Assembly: GCA_039024555.1 (NCBI GenBank)
Contig: JBCCQQ010000012.1
Location: forward strand, 41,347 to 105,346
Origin: Cyanobacteria bacterium P01_D01_bin.156
GTDB taxonomy: Bacteria; Cyanobacteriota; Cyanobacteriia; Phormidesmidales; Phormidesmidaceae
Length of the DNA: 64,000 nucleotides
Direction of reading: 5' to 3'
In this document: piece after piece, positions 29,830-40,231 of the stretch
How positions within the stretch are numbered: position 1 is the first letter of the stretch
Layout of the letters: each line of letters opens with the position of its first letter
Notes under the pieces: model-generated
Databases searched by the model: none
What the model was told of the DNA's origin: nothing
What the model saw: the letters and a program-made list of their open reading frames with translations, nothing else
Program-made: the position numbers and the translations under genes

Positions 29830-32800
29830 ATGACACTCATGAACGCGAAGCACTGTGTTGCCCTGACAATTTTAACTTTGTTGGGGATAGCCAGAACTCC
29901 AGCCCTGGTTTTGGCACCGCCAATCTCAGAGACGGTCTCAATCGCTTAGTCGGGAGATATTGGAAGTCTTGCTAGAGAGGCGATTCAATTATACGAAGCC
30001 GGTCAATATGCAGCGGCAATTCCGCTGATGGAACAGGTACTTGCGTTTGTAGAACAACATCTAGGTCCAAATAACATAGACATAGCAGCAACTGTCAACC
30101 TTTTAGGTCAGATGGAATACGCTCAGGGGAATTATGCTGCTGCAGAATCGCTTTATCAACGTGCCCTACAGATTCTAGAAACTGCCTTAGGCGAAAATCA
30201 TCCAGATGTGGCTTTCAGCCTCAATAACCTGGCACTACTATATCAGGCTCAAGGCAAATATGATGCAGCCGAACCGCTTTATCAATGCGCCCTACAGATT
30301 CTAGGAACTGTCTTAGGTGAGAACCATCCGAGTGTGGCTAATAGCCTCAATAACCTGGCATCGCTGTATCAGGCTCAAGGCAAGTATGATGCAGCCGAAC
30401 CACTCTTTCAACGCGCCCTACAGATTCTAGAAACTGTCTTAGGTGAGGATCATCCTGACGTAGCCACTAGCCTCAATAACCTGGCCTCATGTATGAAGAT
30501 CAGGGCAATTATGATGTGGCTGAACCGCTTTATCAACGCGCCCTACAGATTCGAGAAGCTGTCTTAGGTGAGAGCCATCCGGATGTGGCTAATAGCCTGA
30601 ATAACCTGGCGTTTCTGTACCAGAATCAGGGCAATTATAGTGCAGCAGAATCCCTTCATCAACGTGCCTTACAGATTCGAGAAACTGCATTAGGTGAGAA
30701 TTATCCGGATGTGGCTAATAGCCTAAATAACCTGGCAGAGCTGTACCGGGTTCAGGATGATAGTGATACAGCAGAATCCCTTCATCAACGCGCCTTACAG
30801 ATTCGAGAAACTACCCTGGGTGAGAATCATCCCGATGTGGCTGCCAGTCTTAACAACCTGGCATTGCTTTATCAGAATCAGGGCGACTACGAGGCAGCGG
30901 AATCCCTCTATCAACGCTCGTTTAAAATTGTGGAAACCATCTTAGGCGAGAATCATCCCGATGTGGCTGTCAGTCTTAACAACCTGGCATCGCTTTATCA
31001 GGATCAGACCGACTATGGTGTAGCCGAACCACTTTATCAACGTGCCCTACAGATTCGAGAAACTACCCTGGGTGAGAATCATCCCGATATAGCTGCCAGT
31101 CTAAATAACCTGGCATTGCTATCCTGGATCGCAGGCGACCTTACTCAAGCAAATACCTTGTTCAACCAAAGTATTGACATTGAGGAAACCAATCTGGCTC
31201 TAAATCTAGCTATTGTTTCCGAAGCGCGAAAGCGGGCTTACTTGGTGAATTTACAAAGCACTACCTATAAGATACTTTCTTTCCATCTACAAGCAGCTAC
31301 CGGTAATCCTGATGTAGCCCAACTGGCTCTAACATCCTTGCTTCAGCGTAAAGGACGCACCCTAGACATAGCTACAAACGAGCTGCAACGTCTTCGCCAA
31401 AACCTGATGTCCCAGGATCAGACCCTACTCGACGAGCTGACGACAACACGCACCCAATTAGCAACACTTATCTACGGCGGCTTGAGTGATCGCACCCCTG
31501 AAACCTATCGCACCCTCATTGGCGATCTACGTAATCAGGTCGAGCAGCTCGAAAATCAACTTGCCCAGCGCAGTACTGAATTTCGGCAAGAAGCTCAATC
31601 TGTCACGGTTGAAGCAGTCCAAGCCCAGATCCCATTAGAGGCAGCCCTGATAGAGTTTGTGCGATACAAACCGTTTGATCCTAAAGCCAGCCCTCGATCT
31701 GAGCAATGGGATACCCCTCGCTATGCCGCCTATGTTCTTTTTGACCAGGGCGAGCCCAAGTGGGTCGATCTGGGTGAAGCTGCTGCCATTGATCAGCTGG
31801 TCACAGATTTTCGCCGCGACCTTGCCACCCACCGCCAAAGCATCCAATCCTCTGTCCGTGAATTAGATGCTGCCCTAATGCAGCCTATCCGAGCCCTAAT
31901 CGGTGGCCAAAAACATCTACTCATCTCGCCTGATAGCGAACTCAACCTGATTCCTTTTGCGGCTTTAGTGGATGAAACCGATCGCTACCTGGTAGAAACC
32001 TACCAGATTACCTACCTCACCTCTGGCCGTGACCTGTTAAAACTACAGCTCGATGTATCTAACCAACAAGGACCAGTCCTCTTTGCTGACCCTGACTACG
32101 ATAATCCGGGCAGTCCTGATACACTGAGCATAGCCACAAATTTTTCTCTCTCGAGCTTAGGCGAGGAAACGAAGGAGAAAGCAGGCCAACGTTCAGTTGA
32201 TCTCAATAGTCTCCAATTTGGCCCACTCCCTGGGACTGCCGAAGAAATTTCAGCCATTGCGCCTCTGCTCCCTAACGCCAGTATTCTTACTGGTTCCCAA
32301 GCCACTGAAAACATGTTGAAGCAAGTCCAATCCCCTAACATTCTTCACATCGCAACACATGGCTTCTTCCTGGGGGATGTTCCCTTGGTTGCCCCACCAG
32401 CAGATCCCAACCGCGCTACTATTCTAGTTGAAACGCTGGCTTTACTAGCTACACCAGCAACTCCCAGCAATTTAGAAAATCCACTGTTGCGTTCTGGCCT
32501 TGCCCTAGCGGGCTTTAATCCTCGCCAAAGTGGAGACGAAGACGGTGTCCTCACTGCGCTGGAAGCCTCTGGCTTGAACCTGTACGGCACTAAGTTGGTA
32601 GTCCTCTCTGCCTGTGAAACCGGATTGGGGGATGTTGACAACGGCGAAGGTGTCTATGGACTGCGCCGTGCTTTTACCCTGGCCGGGGCCGAAAGCCAAT
32701 TGATGAGCCTGTGGCAGGTCAGCGACTATGGCACCAGCGAGTTCATGCAGCGATATTATCAAAAGCTAAAGGACAGCATGGGTCGCAGTGAAGCCATGCG

Positions 32801-32903
32801 GCAGGTACAGCAAGAAATGATGGTAGATGCAGCCTACAGCCATCCTTACTACTGGGCAGCGTTCATTCTCTCTGGCGATTGGACACCGATTGAGGGGTTA
32901 TAG
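29830..32903 (+). pseudogene. TPR + CHAT protease gene with nonsense codon and frameshift
   Basis: ATG 29830 encodes a signal peptide; in-frame TAG at 29947-29949 (ISETVSIA*SG, likely CAG>TAG); 1-nt deletion near 30489 (CTG GCC TCA T GTAT vs repeat copy CTG GCA TCG CTG TAT); 126-nt TPR repeats; CHAT motifs LHIATHG and LSACETG intact. Confidence 0.85.
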
Positions 32904-32912
32904 CGATAGTCG

Positions 32913-35843
32913 CTATTGGTAATCACCAATCAATAAAAATGCCGCCCAGTCATTTGGATCGGGATGTTTCTTCATAGTAGACAGCATCGCATGGCGAAGG
33001 GCTTGCGCCTTAGTTTTACCTTGTTGAAGATTAGTATAAAAATCGATCATCAAGTCAGTTGTTGGCATGTCCGGAATACTCCATAGTGAAACCACAACAC
33101 TGGAGGCTCCTGCAGATAGGAAGGATCTCGGTAGGCCTAATAGGCCATCACTTGTAGAAAGACCATGACCAGTATCACAAGCGCTCAAAACCACTAAATC
33201 AGCCGTCAGCCTTAGATTTGAGATTTCAGAGGCTGTGAGCAGACCGTTGTCTCCTGATGAGGGAGTAAATGCTAACGCACCCGGTGAATTTATCAAATTG
33301 ATCAACTCTTCATTTGCCAAAATACTTAGATCTTCAATATTGTCTGATGGTTTTGCCCCTGCAATGTTCCAAGTCATAAAACCATGTGTTGCAAAATGGA
33401 TTAATTTCGCATCAACAATCTGGTTCAGAACTGCTGACTCAGTAGCATTTTCCCTCAGGGTAGCATCTCCTCCAAGCAGGGATGCAATTTTAGAGGCTTC
33501 AGTTTCTGCCCCTGGTAACTGAACTAAGGTAGCAGACTCCCCTGGTAACATTGGCATCTCTGGGTTGCCAACAATCAACAATTCTTCGGTACTACTCTCT
33601 AAGAAAGATAGGTTATCTGATGCTTGCAAAATATTGAAAGCTTGAATAGAGGGAATGACTGAAAGAGTATGGGTTTCGATTAGGTGGCGACCTTCAGCGT
33701 CTAGCAAAGCAGGGAACGGAATTGTTTCTAATCCTTCATCGGGAACCAGCATTACATGCTCTTCTGGATTTTGAGGCAGTAAATCGTGAATAGGTTCGAT
33801 GAGTAAATCATATACAATTGATAAGTTAGCTTGATCGAGGCGGGAAGATCGCCCCGTCACTAAAACAGTAGCCCTCAAGTCGTTTACTTGGCCTAGCTCT
33901 GCTGCTGTTTCAAGATCTGTTGAGGTGTTTCCCTGTCTGAATGCACCCGAGAGTTTAGGTATGATGTCATCTACTGATGGTGTTCTATACGAGATTGTAC
34001 CATCTGGTTGAATTATCCATATTGCAAGGTATTCTTTAAAGGGGAAAGAGTAGTAAACAAGAGTTGCCTGTTGCTCTATCGCAACCTGACGCATCTGTTC
34101 AATATCCATACTAGATGTAACAGACTCACGAACTGCCTCAGCAGAAAGACGGCGCTGGTTCAGTATATCGCTCAATATTCTAGAACGCCCCCGCTCTAAA
34201 ATTTCAAGGGCTTTATCATATTTATTCTGAGCAATTAAAGTCACCTGCAAAACATCATAAACATCTGATGTTAAGTTACTTTGTGAGACTCGATCACCTG
34301 CGGTGAGGCGATCACTCTCTGCGGCTTCAAACGTGAGCATAGCCTCTTCAAGTGTTTGCTCAGCGATTGGATACTCTTCATTGACTAAAGAAATTAATCC
34401 TAGAACATACTGCGCTTTACCGATCGTACCCCGCCGGATATTGCCTGTTTGCTGGTTTAAGACTTGTTGCAGGGATGCCCTTGCCTCAGCATATTGACCT
34501 AGTCGGAAGTATACAAGGCCAATCTCTGCTAGAACAGCATTTTCCATCTGATCATTATCCAACTCCTGATACAATTCCCAAGACCTTTTGAGCATATCTA
34601 GAGCACCAGCATCCTCACCCAACTGCCTAGATAGAACGCCTATATCCGCTAAGGTTCTTGCCATACCTTCATGGTCCTCAATACGGCCATACAAAGTTAG
34701 TGGAGTGATTAGAAGCTCAAGAAAATTAGAGAGATCTTCTTCATTGCTGTTTGAACCAGACCTATTAGAAAGATTGATCCTATTGATAATCAAAAGCCGC
34801 GCTGATGTGGCAATTCCATTGACAATAGTCACATCCTGGTAATTCTCAAGCATGGTTTCCCATATTGCAGCAGCTTGGCTACTATAACCAAGGGCAATAT
34901 GAAATTGACCTACACCTCTGTACAGTTCCGCGAGGGCGTTGAGTGTTGAGGCCTGACTAACACGATCTCCTGCTGCCTGCGCTTTGTCTAATGCCTGTTT
35001 ACAACTATTAATTGCCAAATCTATCTGCGCATTTTGGTAATAATTAAATCCTTCAAGGAAATAAACTCTGGATTCCAATGATGGATTAGAAATGTTTAGT
35101 GAGATCTCTTTTGACTGCGCTAGATAAGTATGGGCAGTCTCAAAGTTATATTGTTGAATATGAGACCAGGCCAATAACTCTAGTACATAAGCTTGATAAA
35201 AGCGTTGTTGTAAGGATGTAGGATTCTGATTATTTTGAAAAAGGGATAGTGCTGTTTCCAGATGACGCTGGCTTTCCTCAAACTGTTTTTGCTTATCGAA
35301 ATGTATAGCCTTCGCTAGGAGGTTTTTTGTATCTTGTATCAAATGCCCAGCATCATTTTGGTGGTTATGAATATCTTGATTGAGGTCGTAAGCCGTCTCT
35401 AGTGCTTGAGATGATTTCTCATACTCCCGCAAGCCTGAGTACGCAATGCTTAATACCTTGAAAGCATCACTCTGCCCCAGCCTGTCTTCTAAAATTTCAA
35501 ACATGACGAGTGCCTCTTGGGCAAGCTCACGCGCTCGGGTAGGCCTTTCCAGCCAGTTGTAAAGCTCTGCGAGTGCAATCAGTGCTTTGGTTTGGGCTTG
35601 CGGGTGGTTTTGCGATCGCGCCTTCTCAAGTGCAAGCTGTAAAGTGTTTTCAGCATCTGATAGCTGCCCTGAATAATAAAGTCGTAAACCTTCTTCTGTT
35701 AGGGACTCAACCTCTGACAGGCCTTCTTTATTGAAGCGCTCAGCAGAAAATGACTGTGGCTCCGCTGCAAGCACTGACGCAGAGAAGCCGATTGACGAAG
35801 CAGTTAGGCCCATCAACAAGCCAACTGTTAAAATAACACGCAT
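32913..35843 (-). CDS. TPR + CHAT domain protease with signal peptide
   Basis: TPRs, ALEILERGRSR, IHFATHG, LSACDTG, PNDWAAFLLIG. Confidence 0.93.
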   Translation of the reverse strand: MRVILTVGLLMGLTASSIGFSASVLAAEPQSFSAERFNKEGLSEVESLTEEGLRLYYSGQLSDAENTLQLALEKARSQNHPQAQTKALIALAELYNWLERPTRARELAQEALVMFEILEDRLGQSDAFKVLSIAYSGLREYEKSSQALETAYDLNQDIHNHQNDAGHLIQDTKNLLAKAIHFDKQKQFEESQRHLETALSLFQNNQNPTSLQQRFYQAYVLELLAWSHIQQYNFETAHTYLAQSKEISLNISNPSLESRVYFLEGFNYYQNAQIDLAINSCKQALDKAQAAGDRVSQASTLNALAELYRGVGQFHIALGYSSQAAAIWETMLENYQDVTIVNGIATSARLLIINRINLSNRSGSNSNEEDLSNFLELLITPLTLYGRIEDHEGMARTLADIGVLSRQLGEDAGALDMLKRSWELYQELDNDQMENAVLAEIGLVYFRLGQYAEARASLQQVLNQQTGNIRRGTIGKAQYVLGLISLVNEEYPIAEQTLEEAMLTFEAAESDRLTAGDRVSQSNLTSDVYDVLQVTLIAQNKYDKALEILERGRSRILSDILNQRRLSAEAVRESVTSSMDIEQMRQVAIEQQATLVYYSFPFKEYLAIWIIQPDGTISYRTPSVDDIIPKLSGAFRQGNTSTDLETAAELGQVNDLRATVLVTGRSSRLDQANLSIVYDLLIEPIHDLLPQNPEEHVMLVPDEGLETIPFPALLDAEGRHLIETHTLSVIPSIQAFNILQASDNLSFLESSTEELLIVGNPEMPMLPGESATLVQLPGAETEASKIASLLGGDATLRENATESAVLNQIVDAKLIHFATHGFMTWNIAGAKPSDNIEDLSILANEELINLINSPGALAFTPSSGDNGLLTASEISNLRLTADLVVLSACDTGHGLSTSDGLLGLPRSFLSAGASSVVVSLWSIPDMPTTDLMIDFYTNLQQGKTKAQALRHAMLSTMKKHPDPNDWAAFLLIGDYQ

Positions 35844-35858
35844 GATAATTACAGTCCT

Positions 35859-36563
35859 TCAATCATTTTGACATAGTTCCTCATAGGCACCCTCTAATGC
35901 TTCGGAAATATTCGAAGAGACGGTGGCCAGCGTCGTTACTTCCCGCCAGGCATCCATCTCGTAACCCTGCTGCCAAAAATAATCAACTCGCTCTTCAATC
36001 AACCCTTCAACCGTTTGGTGATTAGTGATCGCGCTCAGTTCCAGAGATTCTAGATCGGCTGCGACGGCTTGCTGTTCCTCCATCGTCACCACACTAAAAT
36101 CAATGCTGTAAACTGCTGAGTCAGGAAAGTCAGGCGAATACACCTTTAAGAGATAACGATTCCCTGGCCGTAGTACAGGTCCCTCATAGCGGACAGCATT
36201 AAGCCCTTCCCCGGCGGGCGATGTCCAGAGAGGTCTTTCCCCATTGAATTCAAAAATGGCTAACCCCCCTATGCGTCCCTTAGAAATAAAGGTAGGCCGT
36301 TCATGCCAGACCAGTTGCTCATCAGGGCCAAGTTCAGGCGCTATCATACAAATCTCACCACGAGACCCTGCGGGCGGATCTTCTGCACCAGGGGGTTTAC
36401 GACTACTGCGAGTGCCGCCTCGGCCTAATAGCCAATCAATAAACCCAAATCTTTCATTGGTGTCTGCGCTTGCAGAGGTTGATAACTGTGATAAGCCTGT
36501 CAGCAGTGAGGTGCCAAGGCAAAGTGATAGTAGAGATATACGCAAGGCTTTAGTTTTAATCAT
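35859..36563 (-). CDS. DUF928-like secreted protein
   Basis: Signal peptide, AGSRGEICMIAP, VWHERPTF, YEGPVLRPGNRY; usual position after a CHASE2-CHAT gene. Confidence 0.7.
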   Translation of the reverse strand: MIKTKALRISLLSLCLGTSLLTGLSQLSTSASADTNERFGFIDWLLGRGGTRSSRKPPGAEDPPAGSRGEICMIAPELGPDEQLVWHERPTFISKGRIGGLAIFEFNGERPLWTSPAGEGLNAVRYEGPVLRPGNRYLLKVYSPDFPDSAVYSIDFSVVTMEEQQAVAADLESLELSAITNHQTVEGLIEERVDYFWQQGYEMDAWREVTTLATVSSNISEALEGAYEELCQND

Positions 36564-38961
36564 AGGAATGGCGTCTCCAAACAATAGGAAAGGCATAAAA
36601 CCAAAAAGCTACGGTCGGCAACAACAGCGGCAACAAGATTTTGGCGGTAATGAAAACTTGCCCGCTGATGAGCCCATAGGCTACTGTTGTTATGATAAGG
36701 ACGGGAATACTCTTTCGACGAGTCAGTTTCCGATTTCGAAACGCTCGCTCACCAGCTTTACCCAGAAAGGCAGCTAGCCCAACTATCCAGAGATCGGGAA
36801 CGGTTAGAACAAGATGATTTTCTAACAAATGATGAACTCGATAGGCATTGGCTTCAATACCTGGGAACACGTTTGAAGGATTAGCCTCTAAATCCTGAGC
36901 CCGCCAATATGCGATCGCAACTGGCAATGTAAAGTTGTCCGAATGGCCATCCACCCCTGCTTCTTCATACCCACCGGCTCCAATAATAAAAATGGTTTCA
37001 GGATCCAAATCTAAAACATCCGTGTTTTCTAAGAGTTGGTAAGCTGCAACCCGACGGAAAACTCTCTCAGGAGGAATCGAAAAATCCAAAATTGGATAAA
37101 ACCAATACTGCCCAAACCAAGTTTTCATTTGATTGGCTAAGCTTGAAAGCTTTAAATCAGACAATGTTTGTAGGGAGTGGACGGTTTGTTTTTGCTCAAT
37201 GGTATTGAGTAAGGTGCTGCTAAACTTGACCTGGCTTTGTAAATTAGGTTTGGGATCACCAGGGGTTAGCATCTGGCGATAGCGGTGACTCAAGGCTAAC
37301 CAGTAGGTGAAAGGACACACTTCATAACACATGTCCTCCCAGCCTGGTAAGACCATATGACGTACAGGGGCGTTAATGTACCCCTGCAAACTCCAATTTG
37401 GATTGGCAATCTGAGCGTCAGGGTTGACTAGAATATGTTCATTGTCTTTCCAATGGCTCGATAAAACCAACCAAGTGCCCGACTTTACCGCTTGTTGAAT
37501 AACTGAGGCTAAGCGGGCATCTTCAGGTTGTTGACGATCTAAAACATAGTCTATGCCCAGAATAGACACTTCTTGCTCAGTGAGTTGTTCAATCAATGAG
37601 GCTAAATAGTCTCGATTAATGGGCTGAGGATTACCTAACTGCTGAGATTTTCGAATGGAGGCTTCATCCACCTGGATTAAGGTAACCGGAGGCGAGCTTT
37701 TGGGAATTTGCAGGGTCACCTGTCGATAGATAGACTGGGCCAGCAAACGCCCGGATAGCAACCGTTGCTGTACAGGCGGTAACACGCTCAACAGTGCCAA
37801 AACTCCCAAAGCAGCCGCTTGACGTCGGGTTGGTAACCAATGCTGTATTTTGGTTAGCCATCCCTGAGGTTCTAACTGAAAAAGAGGCGCACTTGGATGA
37901 TGGAATAGGGAAGGAATCAGATAGGCCGAAGGATAGGTTAGATGATTTTCTGCTTTTAGAGATTGACAAGCTTTGAGCAGGGCATCGTGAACATCACACC
38001 ACTTTGCTAGCTGGTGCAGAAAGTGAGAAAGAAAGGTTTGGGCAACCTGATTATGAATCGGTTCTCGCATAATTACCACCTGATTCAGACCCAGGTCAAT
38101 CAGGCTATCTGCAATATCAATCCCGCTACAGGAGTTAAATAGCGCAAACTGAAGCCCTTTGGATTGTGCAGTTTTTAAGTAAGGGGTGAGATCTTGTAGA
38201 GATAGGGTCGCGTTGGGGGCGATCGCAATTTCCCCACCGACCACTTTCGCTTCATTACTATGGCCAAAAAAGAACAGCATGTCCCAACCATCTTTATTGG
38301 CAACGGTCTTACAAATATCCTGTTTAAGTGTTAACGTATCGCAGCCCGGTTGCCAGCCAATTGAGGTGATATCCAATAGAGCATTAAACTCTGTGAGAGT
38401 ATTGCGATCGCGATTCATATCAAGGTTGGTATCATCTCCCCAAATCACGAGTACACGAGGTTTATCCTGGCGATTAGGTGGCTCAACGGTACTTGACCGG
38501 ATGTTGGCAGGGCAGCGAGCAATGCGAATCGGTGCCCTGCCGCTGGCCTCAGCACTCAGTTCCCAAGCCTCCCACGGCAGACGAGCCACCTCTATCGGTT
38601 CGCAGGTTAGGAAAAGCGTAATACTGTCGTGTGTTTGTCGTGCTTGTATTAACTGATCTCGGATATCGTGAAGTGGCTCACGGCGCAACCAGCGATGGAA
38701 TTCGGATAACAGCTTTGCTTCGGACTGACCCAGTTGACTGTGCCAATTCACCTGCGAGATGACTTGCCCGGCAACCCCGACTCGGCTACGGAGTTCACTT
38801 TTGTAATAACCCAAATAGTCACGCTGCCAGCTTTGATAGAGCACAGTTAGCGCCGACGGATAGGGAAGCTTTGCTGTTTTACGCTGGCCTTGCCCCCAAG
38901 ACAGCTCAAACAGACAAGTCTGCTCCACTTTGTAAACATTCAATCGGTAAATAGTGACCAT
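36556..38961 (-). CDS. Cytoplasmic CHAT domain + extracytoplasmic CHASE2 sensor membrane protein
   Basis: RLPWEAW, FFFGHS, FNSCSG (His/Cys dyad); TM; LIQVDEASI...RDYLASLI...ILGIDYVLD CHASE2; three C-terminal TMs. Confidence 0.9.
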   Translation of the reverse strand: MVTIYRLNVYKVEQTCLFELSWGQGQRKTAKLPYPSALTVLYQSWQRDYLGYYKSELRSRVGVAGQVISQVNWHSQLGQSEAKLLSEFHRWLRREPLHDIRDQLIQARQTHDSITLFLTCEPIEVARLPWEAWELSAEASGRAPIRIARCPANIRSSTVEPPNRQDKPRVLVIWGDDTNLDMNRDRNTLTEFNALLDITSIGWQPGCDTLTLKQDICKTVANKDGWDMLFFFGHSNEAKVVGGEIAIAPNATLSLQDLTPYLKTAQSKGLQFALFNSCSGIDIADSLIDLGLNQVVIMREPIHNQVAQTFLSHFLHQLAKWCDVHDALLKACQSLKAENHLTYPSAYLIPSLFHHPSAPLFQLEPQGWLTKIQHWLPTRRQAAALGVLALLSVLPPVQQRLLSGRLLAQSIYRQVTLQIPKSSPPVTLIQVDEASIRKSQQLGNPQPINRDYLASLIEQLTEQEVSILGIDYVLDRQQPEDARLASVIQQAVKSGTWLVLSSHWKDNEHILVNPDAQIANPNWSLQGYINAPVRHMVLPGWEDMCYEVCPFTYWLALSHRYRQMLTPGDPKPNLQSQVKFSSTLLNTIEQKQTVHSLQTLSDLKLSSLANQMKTWFGQYWFYPILDFSIPPERVFRRVAAYQLLENTDVLDLDPETIFIIGAGGYEEAGVDGHSDNFTLPVAIAYWRAQDLEANPSNVFPGIEANAYRVHHLLENHLVLTVPDLWIVGLAAFLGKAGERAFRNRKLTRRKSIPVLIITTVAYGLISGQVFITAKILLPLLLPTVAFWFYAFPIVWRRHSYD

Positions 38962-39064
38962 GGCAATTGTCTGAAAGCGCGATTAATCCACATTCAGTTT
39001 GAAAACTTGTGCATTTGACTGAGGGCAACCACCCTGTAACACTGGGCGTGGTGAAAGTTAAGAT

Positions 39065-40225
39065 TTAAGGCTCAAAACCAAACATAGGAAAGGTTTGCAC
39101 AGGGCCATTGGGCAAACCAATCTGTACCTTAAACTGTTCATCAAAGTGACCAATCGCTTGAGTATACAGATAGGCCGAGTGAGTTTCGGCTGCGAGGGGA
39201 GGTTGCACCACAGTCGAGGTTTGGTCTTCTACTTGTATATAGATACCGGTTGGTAAGCTTTCTTCTGCGACAGCTCCCAAGCAAAGCAGCAAACTCCATT
39301 CAGGTATTGCCGTTTCCTTCAACGGCCAAACAAATGCATAGAGCCTCAGTGACAAGCCTGCTAAGTGAAAATCCTGGTAGGCTCCTCTGGCTTGGTCAGG
39401 CATCGTAACATGACTACTCGCCAGCACATCTTGTAATGGAGCAAGTGTTTCGGGGGTCGATCGCATTGCAGCAGCAGGTGTCAATGGCGGCACCAACGGC
39501 GGCAATAGTGTCCAAGCTAACTGATCTGCGATCTCATCGAGCTGATTTTGAAGCCATCGTCCTGTATTAATGAAATTTATCGGGAGCGTTCTGGCTGCAC
39601 TCCTTAGCTTTATCGATGGAGAGCTAGCCACTTGAGCAGCCGACTGGACAGATGTCATGGTCTCCGGTTCTAAACAACTCAGATAAAGCAACAATTGTTC
39701 TGGCGTATTGTCAAAGGTTTGGATCGGCACCCAAAATACAGACAGACTCCCTAGCTGGGTAGGCTCTAACTGCCCTTGCTGTTGGTAAGCTTGAATTTGA
39801 TTGCAGCGAAGTCCGGCAATAATTCTGACTTGATCAACTTCTTCTTGTACATCGACCAAAACATATAGATGGGCCGGATCTGAACCATTAGCGGCTGCTA
39901 GAGGAATCGCCACATGGTCATCGCTCAGACTACCCATGGGTAAAATACAAATGCGATAGTGACCGACTCGCAAATTAACACCTGAGCCAGGAGGATAAGT
40001 ACGATATTCACTTACAAACTGATGTGCCCCCTGGTTTAACCACTGGTCAAACCCAGCCACGGCGAGGGCTCTTAAAAAAGTGTGCCATTGTTCAGTCTCG
40101 TCAGGAATCGCCTGACAAATCTGTGTAGCCCATTGTAAAGAAGATTCAGATAGCATAATTGTTTCTGTTGCCAATGCGTCAAAGTCATCAAATGTAAGCG
40201 GGTTGAGGTCAGCATCATGCATCAT
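39065..40225 (-). CDS. DUF1822 family protein
   Basis: W..FLRALAV.GF..WL, AHLYVLVDVQEE, INTGRWLQNQLDEIA..LAW, EWSLLLCLG patterns. Confidence 0.8.
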   Translation of the reverse strand: MMHDADLNPLTFDDFDALATETIMLSESSLQWATQICQAIPDETEQWHTFLRALAVAGFDQWLNQGAHQFVSEYRTYPPGSGVNLRVGHYRICILPMGSLSDDHVAIPLAAANGSDPAHLYVLVDVQEEVDQVRIIAGLRCNQIQAYQQQGQLEPTQLGSLSVFWVPIQTFDNTPEQLLLYLSCLEPETMTSVQSAAQVASSPSIKLRSAARTLPINFINTGRWLQNQLDEIADQLAWTLLPPLVPPLTPAAAMRSTPETLAPLQDVLASSHVTMPDQARGAYQDFHLAGLSLRLYAFVWPLKETAIPEWSLLLCLGAVAEESLPTGIYIQVEDQTSTVVQPPLAAETHSAYLYTQAIGHFDEQFKVQIGLPNGPVQTFPMFGFEP

Positions 40226-40231
40226 CGGTCC

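Noticed and set aside
30100..31130. Regular 126-bp repeats that could suggest a CRISPR-like array
   Set aside because: They encode 42-aa TPR units in frame; there is no repeat-spacer structure and no cas gene.
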